The notes under the pieces are model-generated. The model saw only the letters and a program-made list of their open reading frames with translations. It was not told the origin of the DNA and searched no databases. The position numbers and the translations under genes were made by a program. Below are positions 34,901 through 49,900 of a stretch of DNA of 64,000 nucleotides, one piece after another. Position 1 is the stretch's first letter, and the number at the start of each line of letters is the position of its first letter. Source of the DNA: Eledone cirrhosa (Eukaryota); NCBI GenBank assembly GCA_964016885.1, contig OZ024750.1, positions 35,588,001 to 35,652,000 of the forward strand. Reading direction: 5' to 3'.

Positions 34901-37900
34901 TGTGTATATGAGAGATGTTTGTGTAAACATGACATCAAATGTGTTGATAGCTGTGTATATGAGAGAGGTTTGTGTAAACATGACATCAAATGTGTTGATA
35001 GCTGTATATATGAGAGATGAATGTGTAAACATGACATGAAATGTGTTGAAGCTGTTTATATGAGACATGAATGTGTAAACATGACATGAAATGTGTTGAT
35101 AGCTGTTTATATGAGAGATGTTTGTGTAAACAAGACATCAAATGTATTGATAGCTGTTTATATGAGACATGTTTGTGTAAACATGACATCAAATGTGTTG
35201 ATAGCTGTTTATATGAGAGATGTTTGTGTAAACATGACATCAAATGTGTTGATAGCTGTTTATATGAGAGATGAATGTGTAAACATGACATCAAATGTGT
35301 TGATAGCTGTTTATATGAGAGATGTTTGTGTAAACATGACATCAAATGTGTTGATAGCTGTATATATGAGAGATGTTTGTGTAAACATGACATCAAACGT
35401 GTTGATAGCTGTTTATATGAGAGATGTTTGTGTAAACAACACATTAAATGTGTTGATAGGTGTTTATATGAGAGATGAATGTGTAACCATGACATCAAAT
35501 GTGTTGATACCTGTATATATGAGAGATGAATGTGTAAACATGACATCAAATGTGTGGATAGCTGTTTATATGAGAGATGTTTGTGTAAACATGACATCAA
35601 ATTTGTTGATAGCTGTGTATATGAGAGATGTTTGTGTAAACATGACATGAAATGTGTTGATAGCTGTGTATATGAGAGATGTTTGTGTAAACATGACATC
35701 AAATGTGTTGATAGCTGTGTATATGAGAGAGGTTTGTGTAAACATGACATGAAATGTGTTGATAGCTGTATATATGAGAGATGAATGTGTAAACATGACA
35801 TGAAATGTGTTGATAGCTGTTTATATGAGACATGAATGTGTAAACATGACATGAAATGTGTTGATAGCTGTTTATATGAGAGATGTTTGTGTAAACAAGA
35901 CATCAAAGGTATTGATAGCTGTTTATATGAGAGATGTTTGTGTAAACATGACATCAAATGTGTTGATAGCTGTTTATATGAGAGATGTTTGTGTAAACAT
36001 GACATCAAATTTGTTGATAGCTGTTTATATGAGAGATGTTTGTGTAAACAAGACATCAAATGTGTTGATAGGTGTTTATATGAGAGATGAATGTGTAACC
36101 ATGACATCAAATGTGTTGATACCTGTATATATGAGAGATGAATGTGTAAGCATGACATCAAATGTGTGGATAGCTGTTTATATGAGAGATGTTTGTGTAA
36201 ACATGACATCAAATGTGTTGATAGCTGTGTATATGAGAGATGTTTGTGTAAACATGACATGAAATGTGTTGATAGCTGTGTATATGAGAGATGTTTGTGT
36301 AAACATGACATCAAATGTGTTGATAGCTGTGTATATGAGAGAGGTTTGTGTAAACATGACATCAAATGTGTTGATAGCTGTATATATGAGAGATGAATGT
36401 GTAAACATGACATGAAATGTGTTGATAGCTGTTTATATGAGACATGAATGTGTAAACATGACATGAAATGTGTTGATAGCTGTTTATATGAGAGATGTTT
36501 GTGTAAACAAGACATCAAAGGTATTGATAGCTGTTTATATGAGAGATGTTTGTGTAAACATGACATCAAATGTGTTGATAGCTGTTTATATGAGAGATGT
36601 TTGTGTAAACATGACATCAAATGTGTTGATAGCTGTTTATATGAGAGATGAATGTGTAAACATGACATCAAATGTGTTGATAGCTGTTTATCTGAGAGAT
36701 GTTTGTGTAAACATGACATCAAATGTGTTGATAGCTGTATATATGAGAGATGTTTGTGTAAACATGACATCAAATGTGTTGATAGCTGTTTATATGAGAG
36801 ATGTTTGTGTAAACATGACATCAAATGTGTTGATAGCTGTTTATATGAGAGATGTTTGTGTAAACATGACATCAAATGTGTTGATAGCTGTTTATATGAG
36901 AGATGTTTGTGTAAACATGACATCAAATGTGTTGATAGCTGTGTATATGAGAGATGGTTGTGTAAACATGACATCAAATGTGTTGATAGCTGTTTATATG
37001 AGAGATGAATGTGTAAACATGACATCAAATGTGTTGATAGCTGTTTATATGACAGATGTTTGTGCAAATATGACATCAAATGTGTTGATAGCTGTTTATA
37101 TGAGAGATGTTTGTGTAAACATGACATCAAACGTGTTGATAGCTGTTTATATGAGACATGTTTGTGTAAACATGACATCAAACGTGTTGATAGCTGTTTA
37201 TATGAGACATGTTTGTGTAAACATGACATCAAATGTGTTGATAGCTGTGTATATGAGAGATATTTGTGTAAACATGACATGAAATGTGTTGATAGCTGTT
37301 TATATGAGAGATGAATGTGTAAACATGACATGAAACGTGTTGATAGCTGTTTATATGAGACATGAATGTGTAAACATGACATGAAATGTGTTGATAGCTG
37401 TTTATATGAGAGATGTTTGTGTAAACAAGACATCAAATGTATTGATAGTTGTTTATATGGGACATGTTTGTGTAAACATGACATCAAATGTGTTGATAGC
37501 TGTTTATATGAGAGATGTTTGTGTAAACAAGACATCAAATGTGTTGATAGGTGTTTATATGAGACATGAATGTGTAACCATGACATCAAATGTGTTGATA
37601 CCTGTATATATGAGAGATGAATGTGTAAACATGACATCAAATGTGTGGATAGCTGTTTATATGAGAGATGTTTGTGTAAACATGACATCAAATGTGTTGA
37701 TAGCTGTGTATATGAGAGATGTTTGTGTAAACATGACACGAAATGTGTTGATAGCTGTGTATATGAGAGATGTTTGTGTAAACATGACATCAAATGTGTT
37801 GATAGCTGTGTATATGAGAGAGGTTTGTGTAAACATGACATCAAATGTGTTGATAGCTGTATATATGAGAGATGAATGTGTAAACATGACATCAAATGTG

Positions 37901-40900
37901 TTGATAGCTGTTTATATGATAGATGAATGTGTAAACATGACATCAAATGTGTTGATAGCTGTATATATGAGAGATGTTTGTGTAAACATGACATCAAATG
38001 TGTTGATAGCTGTTTATATGAAAGATGTTTGTGTAAACATGACATCAAATGTGTTGATAGCTGTGTATATGAGAGATGGTTGTGTAAACATGACATCAAA
38101 TGTGTTGATAGCTGTTTATATGAGAGATGAATGTGTAAACATGACATCAAATGTGTTGATAGCTGTTTATATGACAGATGTTTGTGCAAATATGACATCA
38201 AATGTGTTGATAGCTGTTTATATGAGAGATGTTTGTGTAAACATGACATCAAACGTGTTGATAGCTGTTTATATGAGACATGTTTGTGTAAACAAGACAT
38301 CAAATGTGTTGATAGCTGTGTATATGAGACATGTTTGTGTAAACAAGACATCAAACGTGTTGATAGCTGTTTATATGAGACATGTTTGTGTAAACATGAC
38401 ATGAAATGTGTTGATAGCTGTGTATATGAGACATGTTTGTGTAAACATGACATGAAATGTGTTGATAGCTGTTTATATGAGAGATGTTTGTGTAAACAAG
38501 ACATCAAATGTATTGATAGCTGTTTATATGGGACATGTTTGTGTAAACATGACATCAAATGTGTTGATAGCTGTTTATATGAGAGATGTTTGTGTAAACA
38601 AGACATCAAATGTGTTGATAGGTGTTTATATGAGAGATGAATGTGTAACCATGACATCAAATGTGTTGATACCTGTATATATGAGAGATGAATGTGTAAA
38701 CATGACATCAAATGTGTGGATAGCTGTTTATATGAGAGATGTTTGTGTAAACATGACATCAAATGTGTTGATAGCTGTGTATATGAGAGATGTTTGTGTA
38801 AACATGACACGAAATGTGTTGATAGCTGTGTATATGAGAGATGTTTGTGTAAACATGACATCAAATGTGTTGATAGCTGTGTATATGAGAGAGGTTTGTG
38901 TAAACATGACATCAAATGTGTTGATAGCTGTATATATGAGAGATGAATGTGTAAACATGACATCAAATGTGTTGATAGCTGTTTATATGATAGATGAATG
39001 TGTAAACATGACATCAAATGTGTTGATAGCTGTATATATGAGAGATGTTTGTGTAAACATGACATCAAATGTGTTGATAGCTGTTTATATGAAAGAGGTT
39101 TGTGTAAACATGACATCAAATGTGTTGATAGCTGTTTATATGAGAGATGTTTGTGTAAACATGACATCAAATGTGTTGATAGCTGTTTATATGAGAGATG
39201 AATGTGTAAACATGACATCAAATGTGTTGATAGCTGTTTATATGAGAGATGTTTGTGTAAACATGACATCAAATGTGTTGATAGCTGTTTATATGAGAGA
39301 TGAATGTGTAAACATGACATGAAATGTGTTGATAGCTGTTTATATGAGAGATGTTTGTGTAAACATGACTTCAAATGTGTTGATAGCTGTTTATATGAGA
39401 GATGTTTGTGTAAACATGACATGAAATGTGTTGATAGCTGTTTATATGAGAGATGAATGTGTAAACATGACATCATATGTGTTGATAGCTGTTTATATGA
39501 GAGATGTTTGTGTAAACATGACATCAAATGTGTTGATAGCTGTTTATATGAGAGATGTTTGTGTAAACATGACATCAAATGTGTTGATAGCTGTATATAT
39601 GAGAGATGTTTGTGTAAACATGACTTCAAATGTGTTGATAGCTGTTTATATGAGAGATGTTTGTGTAAACATGACATCAAATGTGTTGATAGCTGTTTAT
39701 ATGAGAGATGAATGTGTAAACATGACATCAAATGTATTGATAGCTGTTTATATGAGAGATGTTTGTGTAAACATGACATCAAATGTGTTGATAGCTGTAT
39801 ATATGAGAGATGTTTGTGTAAACATGACATCAAATGTGTTGATAGCTGTTTATATGAGAGCTGTTTGTGTAAATATGACATCAAATGTGTTGATATATGA
39901 GACATGTTTGTGTAAACATGACATCAAATGTGTTGATAGCTGTTTATATGAGAGATGAATGTGTAAACATGACATCAACTGTGTTGATACCTGTATATAT
40001 GAGAGATGAATGTGTAAACATGACATCAAATGTGTTGATAGCTGTTTATATGAGAGATGTTTGTGTAAACATGACATCAAATTTGTTGATAGCTGTGTAT
40101 ATGAGAGATGTTTGTGTAAACATGACATGAAATGTGTTGATAGCTGTGTATATGAGAGATGTTTGTGTAAACATGACATCAAATGTGTTGATAGCTGTAT
40201 ATATGAGAGATGAATGTGTAAACATGACATGAAATGTGTTGATAGCTGTTTATATGAGACATGAATGTGTAAACATGACATGAAATGTGTTGATAGCTGT
40301 TTATATGAGAGATGTTTGTGTAAACAAGACATCAAATGTATTGATAGCTGTTTATATGAGAGATGTTTGTGTAAACATAACATCAAATGTGTTGATAGCT
40401 GTTTATATGAGAGATGAATGTGTAAACATGACATCAAATGTGCTGATAGCTGTATATATGAGAGATGAATGTGTAAACATGACATCAAATGTGTTGATAG
40501 CTGTTTATATGATAGATGAATGTGTAAACATGACATCAAATGTGTTGATAGCTGTATATATGAGAGATGTTTGTGTAAACATGACATCAAATGTGTTGAT
40601 AGCTGTTTATATGAGAGATGTTTGTGTAAACATGACATCAAATGTGTTGATAGCTGTTTATATGAGAGATGTTTGTGTAAACATGACATCAAATGTGTTG
40701 ATAGCTGTTTATATGAGAGATGAATGTGTAAACATGACATCAAATGTGTTGATAGCTGTTTATATGAGAGATGTTTGTGTAAACATGACATCAAATGTGT
40801 TGATAGCTGTTTATATGAGAGATGAATGTGTAAACATGACATGAAATGTGTTGATAGCTGTTTATATGAGAGATGTTTGTGTAAACATGACCTCAAATGT

Positions 40901-43900
40901 GTTGATAGCTGTTTATATGAGAGATGTTTGTGTAAACATGACATCAAATGTGTTGATAGCTGTTTATATGAGAGATGAATGTGTAAACATGACATCATAT
41001 GTGTTGATAGCTGTTTATATGAGAGATGTTTGTGTAAACATGACATCAAATGTGTTGATAGCTGTTTATATGAGAGATGTTTGTGTAAACATGACATCAA
41101 ATGTGTTGATAGCTGTTTATATGAGAGATGAATGTGTAAACATGACATCAAATGTATTGATAGCTGTTTATATGAGAGATGTTTGTGTAAACATGACATC
41201 AAATGTGTTGATAGCTGTATATATGAGAGATGTTTGTGTAAACATGACATCAAATGTGTTGATAGCTGTTTATATGAGAGATGTTTGTGTAAATATGACA
41301 TCAAATGTGTTGATATATGAGACATGTTTGTGTAAACATGACATCAAATGTGTTGATAGCTGTTTATATGAGAGATGAATGTGTAAACATGACATCAAAT
41401 GTGTTGATACCTGTATATATGAGAGATGAATGTGTAAACATGACATCAAATGTGTTGATAGCTGTTTATATGAGAGATGTTTGTGTAAACATGACACCAA
41501 ATGTGTTGATAGCTGTGTATATGAGAGATGTTTGTGTAAACATGACATGAAATGTGTTGATAGCTGTGTATATGAGAGATGTTTGTGTAAACATGACATC
41601 AAATGTGTTGATAGCTGTATATATGAGAGATGAATGTGTAAACATGACATGAAATGTGTTGATAGCTGTTTATATGAGACATGAATGTGTAAACATGACA
41701 TCAAATATATTGATAGCTGTTTATATGAGAGATGTTTGTGTAAACATGACATCAAATGTGTTGATAGCTATTTATATGAGAGATGAATGTGTAAACATGA
41801 CATCAAATGTATTGATAGCTGTTTATATGAGAGATGTTTGTGTAAACATGACATCAAATGTGTTGATAGCTGTATATATGAGAGATGTTTGTGTAAACAT
41901 GACATCAAATGTGTTGATAGCTGTTTATATTAGAGATGTTTGTGTAAACATGACATCAAATGTGTTGATAGCTGTTTATATGAGAGATGAATTTGTAAAC
42001 ATGACATCAAATGTGTTGATAGCTGTTTATGTGAGAGATGAATGTGTAAACATGACATCAAATGTGTTGATAGCTGTTTATATGAGAGATGTTTGTGTAA
42101 ACATGACATGAAATGTGTTGATAGCTGTGTATATGAGAGATGTTTGTGTAAACATGACATCAAATGTGTTGATATCTGTTTATATGAGAGATGTTTGTGT
42201 AAACATGACATCAAATGTGTTGATAGCTGTATATATGAGAGATGTTTGTGTAAACATGACATCAAATGTGTTGATAGCTGTTTATATGAGAGATGTTTGT
42301 GTAAACATGACATCAAATGTGTTGATAGCTGTTTATATGAGAGATGTTTGTGTAAACATGACATCAAATGTGTTGATAGCTGTTTATATGAGAGATGTTT
42401 GTGTAAACATGACATCAAATGTGTTGATAGCTGTTTATATGAGAGATGAATGTGTAAACATGACATCAAATGTATTGATAGCTGTTTATATGAGAGATGA
42501 ATGTGTAAACATGACATCAAATGTGTTGATAGCTGTATATATGAGAGATGAATGTGTAAACATGACATCAAATGTGTTGATAGCTGTTTATATGAGAGAT
42601 GAATGTGTAAACATGACATCAAATGTGTTGATAGCTGTATATATGAGAGATGTTTGTGTAAACATGACATCAAATGTGTTGATAGCTGTTTATATGAGAG
42701 ATGTTTGTGTAAACATGACATCAAATGTGTTGATAGCTGTTTATATGAGAGATGTTTGTGTAAACATGACATCAAATGTGTTGATAGCTGTTTATATGAG
42801 AGATGAATTTGTAAACATGACATCAAATGTGTTGATAGCTGTTTATATGAGAGATGAATGTGTAAACATGACATCAAATGTGTTGATAGCTGTTTATATG
42901 AGAGATGAATTTGTAAACATGACGTCAAATGTGTGGATAGCTGTTTAAATGAGAGATGTTTGTGTAAACATGACATCAAATGTGTTGATAGCTGTGTATA
43001 TGAGAGATGTTTGTGTAAACATGACATGAAATGTGTTGATAGCTGTGTATATGAGAGATGTTTGTGTAAACATGACATCAAATGTGTTGATAGCTGTGTA
43101 TATGAGAGAGGTTTGTGTAAACATGACATCAAATGTGTTGATAGCTGTATATATGAGAGATGAATGTGTAAACATGACATGAAATGTGTTGATAGCTGTT
43201 TATATGAGACATGAATGTGTAAACATGACATGAAATTTGTTGATAGCTGTTTATATGAGAGATGTTTGTGTAAACAAGACATCAAATGTATTGATAGCTG
43301 TTTATATGAGACATGTTTGTGTAAACATGACATCAAATGTGTTGATAGCTGTTTATATGAGAGATGTTTGTGTAAACATGACATCAAATGTGTTGATAGC
43401 TGTTTATATGAGAGATGTTTGTGTAAACATGACATCAAATGTGTTGATAGCTGTTTATATGAGAGATGAATTTGTAAACATGACATCAAATGTGTTGATA
43501 GCTGTTTATATGAGAGATGAATGTGTAAACATGACATCAAATGTGTTGATAGCTGTTTATATGAGAGATGTTTGTGTAAACATGACATCAAATGTGTTGA
43601 TAGCTGTTTATATGAGAGATCTTTGTTTAAACATGACATGAAATGTGTTGATAGCTGTGTATATGAGAGATGTTTGTGTAAACATGACATTAAATGTGTT
43701 GATATCTGTTTATATGAGAGATGTTTGTGTAAACATGACATGAAATGTGTTGATAGCTGTTTATATGAGAGATGAATGTGTAAACATGACATCAAATGTG
43801 TTGATAGCTGTTTATATGACAGATGTTTGTGCAAATATGACATCAAATGTGTTGATAGCTGTTTATATGAGAGATGTTTGTGTAAACATGACATCAAACG

Positions 43901-46900
43901 TGTTGATAGCTGTTTATATGAGACATGTTTGTGTAAACATGACATCAAATGTGTTGATAGCTGTTTATATGAGAGATGTTTGTGTTAACAAGACATCAAA
44001 TGTGTTGATAGGTGTTTATATGAGAGATGAATGTGTAACCATGACATCAAATGTGTTGATACCTGTATATATGAGAGATGAATGTGTAAACATGACATCA
44101 AATGTGTGGATAGCTGTTTATATGAGAGATGTTTGTGTAACCATGACATCAAATGTGTTGATAGCTGTGTATATGAGAGATGTTTGTGTAAACATGACAT
44201 GAAATGTGTTGATAGCTGTGTATATGAGAGATGTTTGTGTAAACATGACATCAAATGTGTTGATAGCTGTGTATATGAGAGAGGTTTGTGTAAACATGAG
44301 ATCAAATGTGTTGATAGCTGTATATATGAGAGATGAATGTGTAAACATGACATGAAACGTGTTGATAGCTATTTATATGAGACATGAATGTGTAAACATG
44401 ACATGAAATGTGTTGATAGCTGTTTATATGAGAGATGTTTGTGTAAACAAGACATCAAATGTATTGATAGCTGTTTATATGAGACATGTTTGTGTAAACA
44501 TGACATCAAATGTGTTGGTAGCTGTTTATATGAGAGATGTTTGTGTAAACAAGACATCAAATGTGTTGATTGGTGTTTATATGAGAGATGAATGTGTAAC
44601 CATGACATCAAATGTGTTGATACCTGTATATATGAGAGATGAATGTGTAAACATGACATCAAATGTGTGGATAGCTGTTTATATGAGAGATGTTTGTGTA
44701 AACATGACATCAAATGTGTTGATAGCTGTGTATATGAGAGATGTTTGTGTAAACATGACATGAAATGTGTTGATAGCTGTGTATATGAGAGATGTTTGTG
44801 TAAACATGACATCAAATGTGTTGATAGCTGTGTATATGAGAGAGGTTTGTGTAAACATGACATCAAATGTGTTGATAGCTGTATATATGAGAGATGAATG
44901 TGTAAACATGACATGAAATGTGTTGATAGCTGTTCATATGAGACATGAATGTGTAAACATGACATGAAATGTGTTGATAGCTTTTTATATGAGAGATGTT
45001 TGTGTAAACAAGACATCAAATGTATTGATAGCTGTTTATATGAGAGATGTTTGTGTAAACATAACATCAAATATGTTGATAGCTGTTTATATGAGAGATG
45101 AATGTGTAAACATGACATCAAATGTGCTGATAGCTGTATATATGAGAGATGAATGTGTAAACATGACATCAAATGTGTTGATAGCTGTTTATATGATAGA
45201 TGAATGTGTAAACATGACATCAAATGTGTTGATAGCTGTATATATGAGAGATGTTTGTGTAAACATGACATCAAATGTGTTGATAGCTGTTTATATGAGA
45301 GATGTTTGTGTAAACATGACATCAAATGTGTTGATAGCTGTTTATATGAGAGATGTTTGTGTAAACATGACATCAAATGTGTTGATAGCTGTTTATATGA
45401 GAGATGAATGTGTAAACATGACATCAAATTTGTTGATAGCTGTTTATATGAGAGATGTTTGTGTAAACATGACATCAAATGTGTTGATAGCTGTTTATAT
45501 GAGAGATGAATGTGTAAACATGACATCAAATGTGTTGATAGCTGTATATATGAGAGATGTTTGTGTAAACATGACATCAAATGTGTTGATAGCTGTTTAT
45601 ATGAGAGATGTTTGTGTAAACATGACATCAAATGTGTTGATAGCTGTTTATATGAGAGATGAATGTGTAAACATGACATCAAATGTATTGATAGCTGTTT
45701 ATATGAGAGATGTTTATGTAAACATGACATCAAATGTGTTGATAGCTGTATATATGAGAGATGTTTGTGTAAACATGACATCAAATGTGTTGATAGCTGT
45801 TTATATGAGAGCTGTTTGTGTAAATATGACATCAAATGTGTTGATATATGAGACATGTTTGTGTAAACATGACATCAAATGTGTTGATAGCTGTTTATAT
45901 GAGAGATGAATGTGTAAACATGACATCAAATGTGTTGATACCTGTATATATGAGAGATGAATGTGTAAACATGACATCAAATGTGTTGATAGCTGTTTAT
46001 ATGAGAGATGTTTGTGTAAACATGACATCAAATGTGTTGATAGCTGTGTATATGAGAGATGTTTGTGTAAACATGACATGAAATGTGTTGATAGCTGTGT
46101 ATATGAGAGATGTTTGTGTAAACATGACATCAAATGTGTTGATAGCTGTTTATATGAGGGATGAATGTGTAAACATGACATGAAATGTGTTGATAGCTGT
46201 TTATATGAGACATGAATGTGTAAACATGACATGAAATGTGTTGATAGCTGTTTATATGATAGATGAATGTGTAAACATGACATCAAATGTGTTGATAGCT
46301 GTATATATGAGAGATGTTTGTGTAAACATGACATCAAATGTGTTGATAGCTGTTTATATGAGAGATGTTTGTGTAAACATGACATCAAATGTGTTGATAG
46401 CTGTTTATATGAGAGATGTTTGTGTAAACATGACATCAAATGTGTTGATAGCTGTTTATATGAGAGATGAATGTGTAAACATGACATCATATGTGTTGAT
46501 AGCTGTTTATATGAGAGATGTTTGTGTAAACATGACATCAAATGTGTTGATAGCTGTTTATATGAGAGATGTTTGTGTAAACATGACATCAAATGTGTTG
46601 ATAGCTGTATATATGAGAGATGTTTGTGTAAACATGACATCAAATGTGTTGATAGCTGTTTATATGAGAGATGTTTGTGTAAACATGACATCAAATGTGT
46701 TGATAGCTGTTTATATGAGAGATGTTTGTGTAAATATGACATCAAATGTGTTGATATATGAGACATGTTTGTGTAAACATGACATCAAATGTGTTGATAG
46801 CTGTTTATATGAGAGATGAATGTGTAAACATGACATCAAATGTGTTGATAGCTGTTTATATGAGAGATGTTTGTGTAAACATGACATCAAATGTGTTGAT

Positions 46901-49900
46901 AGCTGTATATATGAGAGATGAATGTGTAAACATGACATGATATGTGTTGATAGCTGTTTATATGAGACATGAATGTGTAAACATAACATGAAATGTCTTG
47001 ATAGCTGTTTATATGAGAGATGTTTGTGTAAACATGACATCAAATATATTGATAGCTGTTTATATGAGAGATGTTTGTGTAAACATGACATCAAATGTGT
47101 TGATAGCTATTTATATGAGAGATGAACGTGTAAACATGACATCAAATGTGTTGATAGCTGTATATATGAGAGATGAATGTGTAAACATGACATCAAATGT
47201 GTTGATAGCTGTTTATATGAGAGATGAATGTGTAAACATGACATCAAATGTGTTGATAGCTGTATATATGAGAGATGTTTGTGTAAACATGACATCAAAT
47301 GTGTTGATAGCTGTTTATATGAGAGATGTTTGTGTAAACATGACATCAAATGTGTTGATAGCTGTTTATATGAGAGATGTTTGTGTAAACATGACATCAA
47401 ATGTGTTGATAGCTGTTTATATGAGAGATGAAGTTGTAAACATGACATCAAATGTGTTGATAGCTGTTTATATGAGAGATGTTTGTGTAAACATGACATC
47501 AAATGTGTTGATAACTGTTTATATGAGAGATGTTTGTGTAAACATGACATCAAATGTGTTGATAGCTGTTTATATGAGAGATATTTGTGTAAACATGACT
47601 TCAAATGTGTTGATAGCTGTTTATATGAGAGATGAATGTGTAAACATGACATCAAATGTATTGATAGCTGTTTATATGAGAGATGTTTGTGTAAACGTGA
47701 CATCAAATGTGTTGATAGCTGTTTATATGAGAGATGAATGTGTAAACATGACATCAAATGTGTTGATACCTGTATATATGAGAGATGTTTGTGTAAACAT
47801 GACATCAAATGTGTTGATAGCTGTATATATGAGAGATGTTTGTGTAAACATGACATCAAATGTGTTGATAGCTGTTTATATGAGAGATGTTTGTGTAAAC
47901 ATGACATCAAATGTGTTGATAGCTGTTTATATGAGAGATGTTTGTGTAAACATGACATCAAATGTGTTGATAGCTGTTTATATGAGAGATGCATGTGTAA
48001 ACATGACATCAAATGTATTGATAGCTGTTTATATGAGAGATGTTTGTGTAAACATGACATCAAATGTGTTGATAGCTGTATATATGAGAGATGTTTGTGT
48101 AAACATGACATCAAATGTGTTGATAGCTGTTTATATGAGAGATGAATGTGTAAACATGACATCAAATGTGTTGATAGCTGTATATATGAGAGATGAATGT
48201 GTAAACATGACATCAAATGTGTTGATAGCTGTTTATATGATAGATGAATGTGTAAACATGACATCAAATGTGTTGATAGCTGTATATATGAGAGATGTTT
48301 GTGTAAACATGACATCAAATGTGTTGATAGCTGTTTATATGAGAGATGTTTGTGTAAACATGACATCAAATGTGTTGATAGCTGTTTATATGAGAGATGT
48401 TTGTGTAAACATGACATCAAATGTGTTGATAGCTGTTTATATGAGAGATGAATGTGTAAACATGACATCAAATTTGTTGATAGCTGTTTATATGAGAGAT
48501 GTTTGTGTAAACATGACATCAAATGTGTTGATAGCTGTTTATATGAGAGATGAATGTGTAAACATGACATCAAATGTGTTGATAGCTGTATATATGAGAG
48601 ATGTTTGTGTAAACATGACATCAAATGTGTTGATAGCTGTTTATATGAGAGATGTTTGTGTAAACATGACATCAAATGTGTTGATAGCTGTTTATATGAG
48701 AGATGAATGTGTAAACATGACATCAAATGTATTGATAGCTGTTTATATGAGAGATGTTTATGTAAACATGACATCAAATGTGTTGATAGCTGTATATATG
48801 AGAGATGTTTGTGTAAACATGACATCAAATGTGTTGATAGCTGTTTATATGAGAGCTGTTTGTGTAAATATGACATCAAATGTGTTGATATATGAGACAT
48901 GTTTGTGTAAACATGACATCAAATGTGTTGATAGCTGTTTATATGAGAGATGAATGTGTAAACATGACATCAAATGTGTTGATACCTGTATATATGAGAG
49001 ATGAATGTGTAAACATGACATCAAATGTGTTGATAGCTGTTTATATGAGAGATGTTTGTGTAAACATGACATCAAATGTGTTGATAGCTGTGTATATGAG
49101 AGATGTTTGTGTAAACATGACATGAAATGTGTTGATAGCTGTGTATATGAGAGATGTTTGTGTAAACATGACATCAAATGTGTTGATAGCTGTTTATATG
49201 AGGGATGAATGTGTAAACATGACATGAAATGTGTTGATAGCTGTTTATATGAGACATGAATGTGTAAACATGACATGAAATGTGTTGATAGCTGTTTATA
49301 TGATAGATGAATGTGTAAACATGACATCAAATGTGTTGATAGCTGTATATATGAGAGATGTTTGTGTAAACATGACATCAAATGTGTTGATAGCTGTTTA
49401 TATGAGAGATGTTTGTGTAAACATGACATCAAATGTGTTGATAGCTGTTTATATGAGAGATGTTTGTGTAAACATGACATCAAATGTGTTGATAGCTGTT
49501 TATATGAGAGATGAATGTGTAAACATGACATCATATGTGTTGATAGCTGTTTATATGAGAGATGTTTGTGTAAACATGACATCAAATGTGTTGATAGCTG
49601 TTTATATGAGAGATGTTTGTGTAAACATGACATCAAATGTGTTGATAGCTGTATATATGAGAGATGTTTGTGTAAACATGACATCAAATGTGTTGATAGC
49701 TGTTTATATGAGAGATGTTTGTGTAAACATGACATCAAATGTGTTGATAGCTGTTTATATGAGAGATGTTTGTGTAAATATGACATCAAATGTGTTGATA
49801 TATGAGACATGTTTGTGTAAACATGACATCAAATGTGTTGATAGCTGTTTATATGAGAGATGAATGTGTAAACATGACATCAAATGTGTTGATAGCTGTT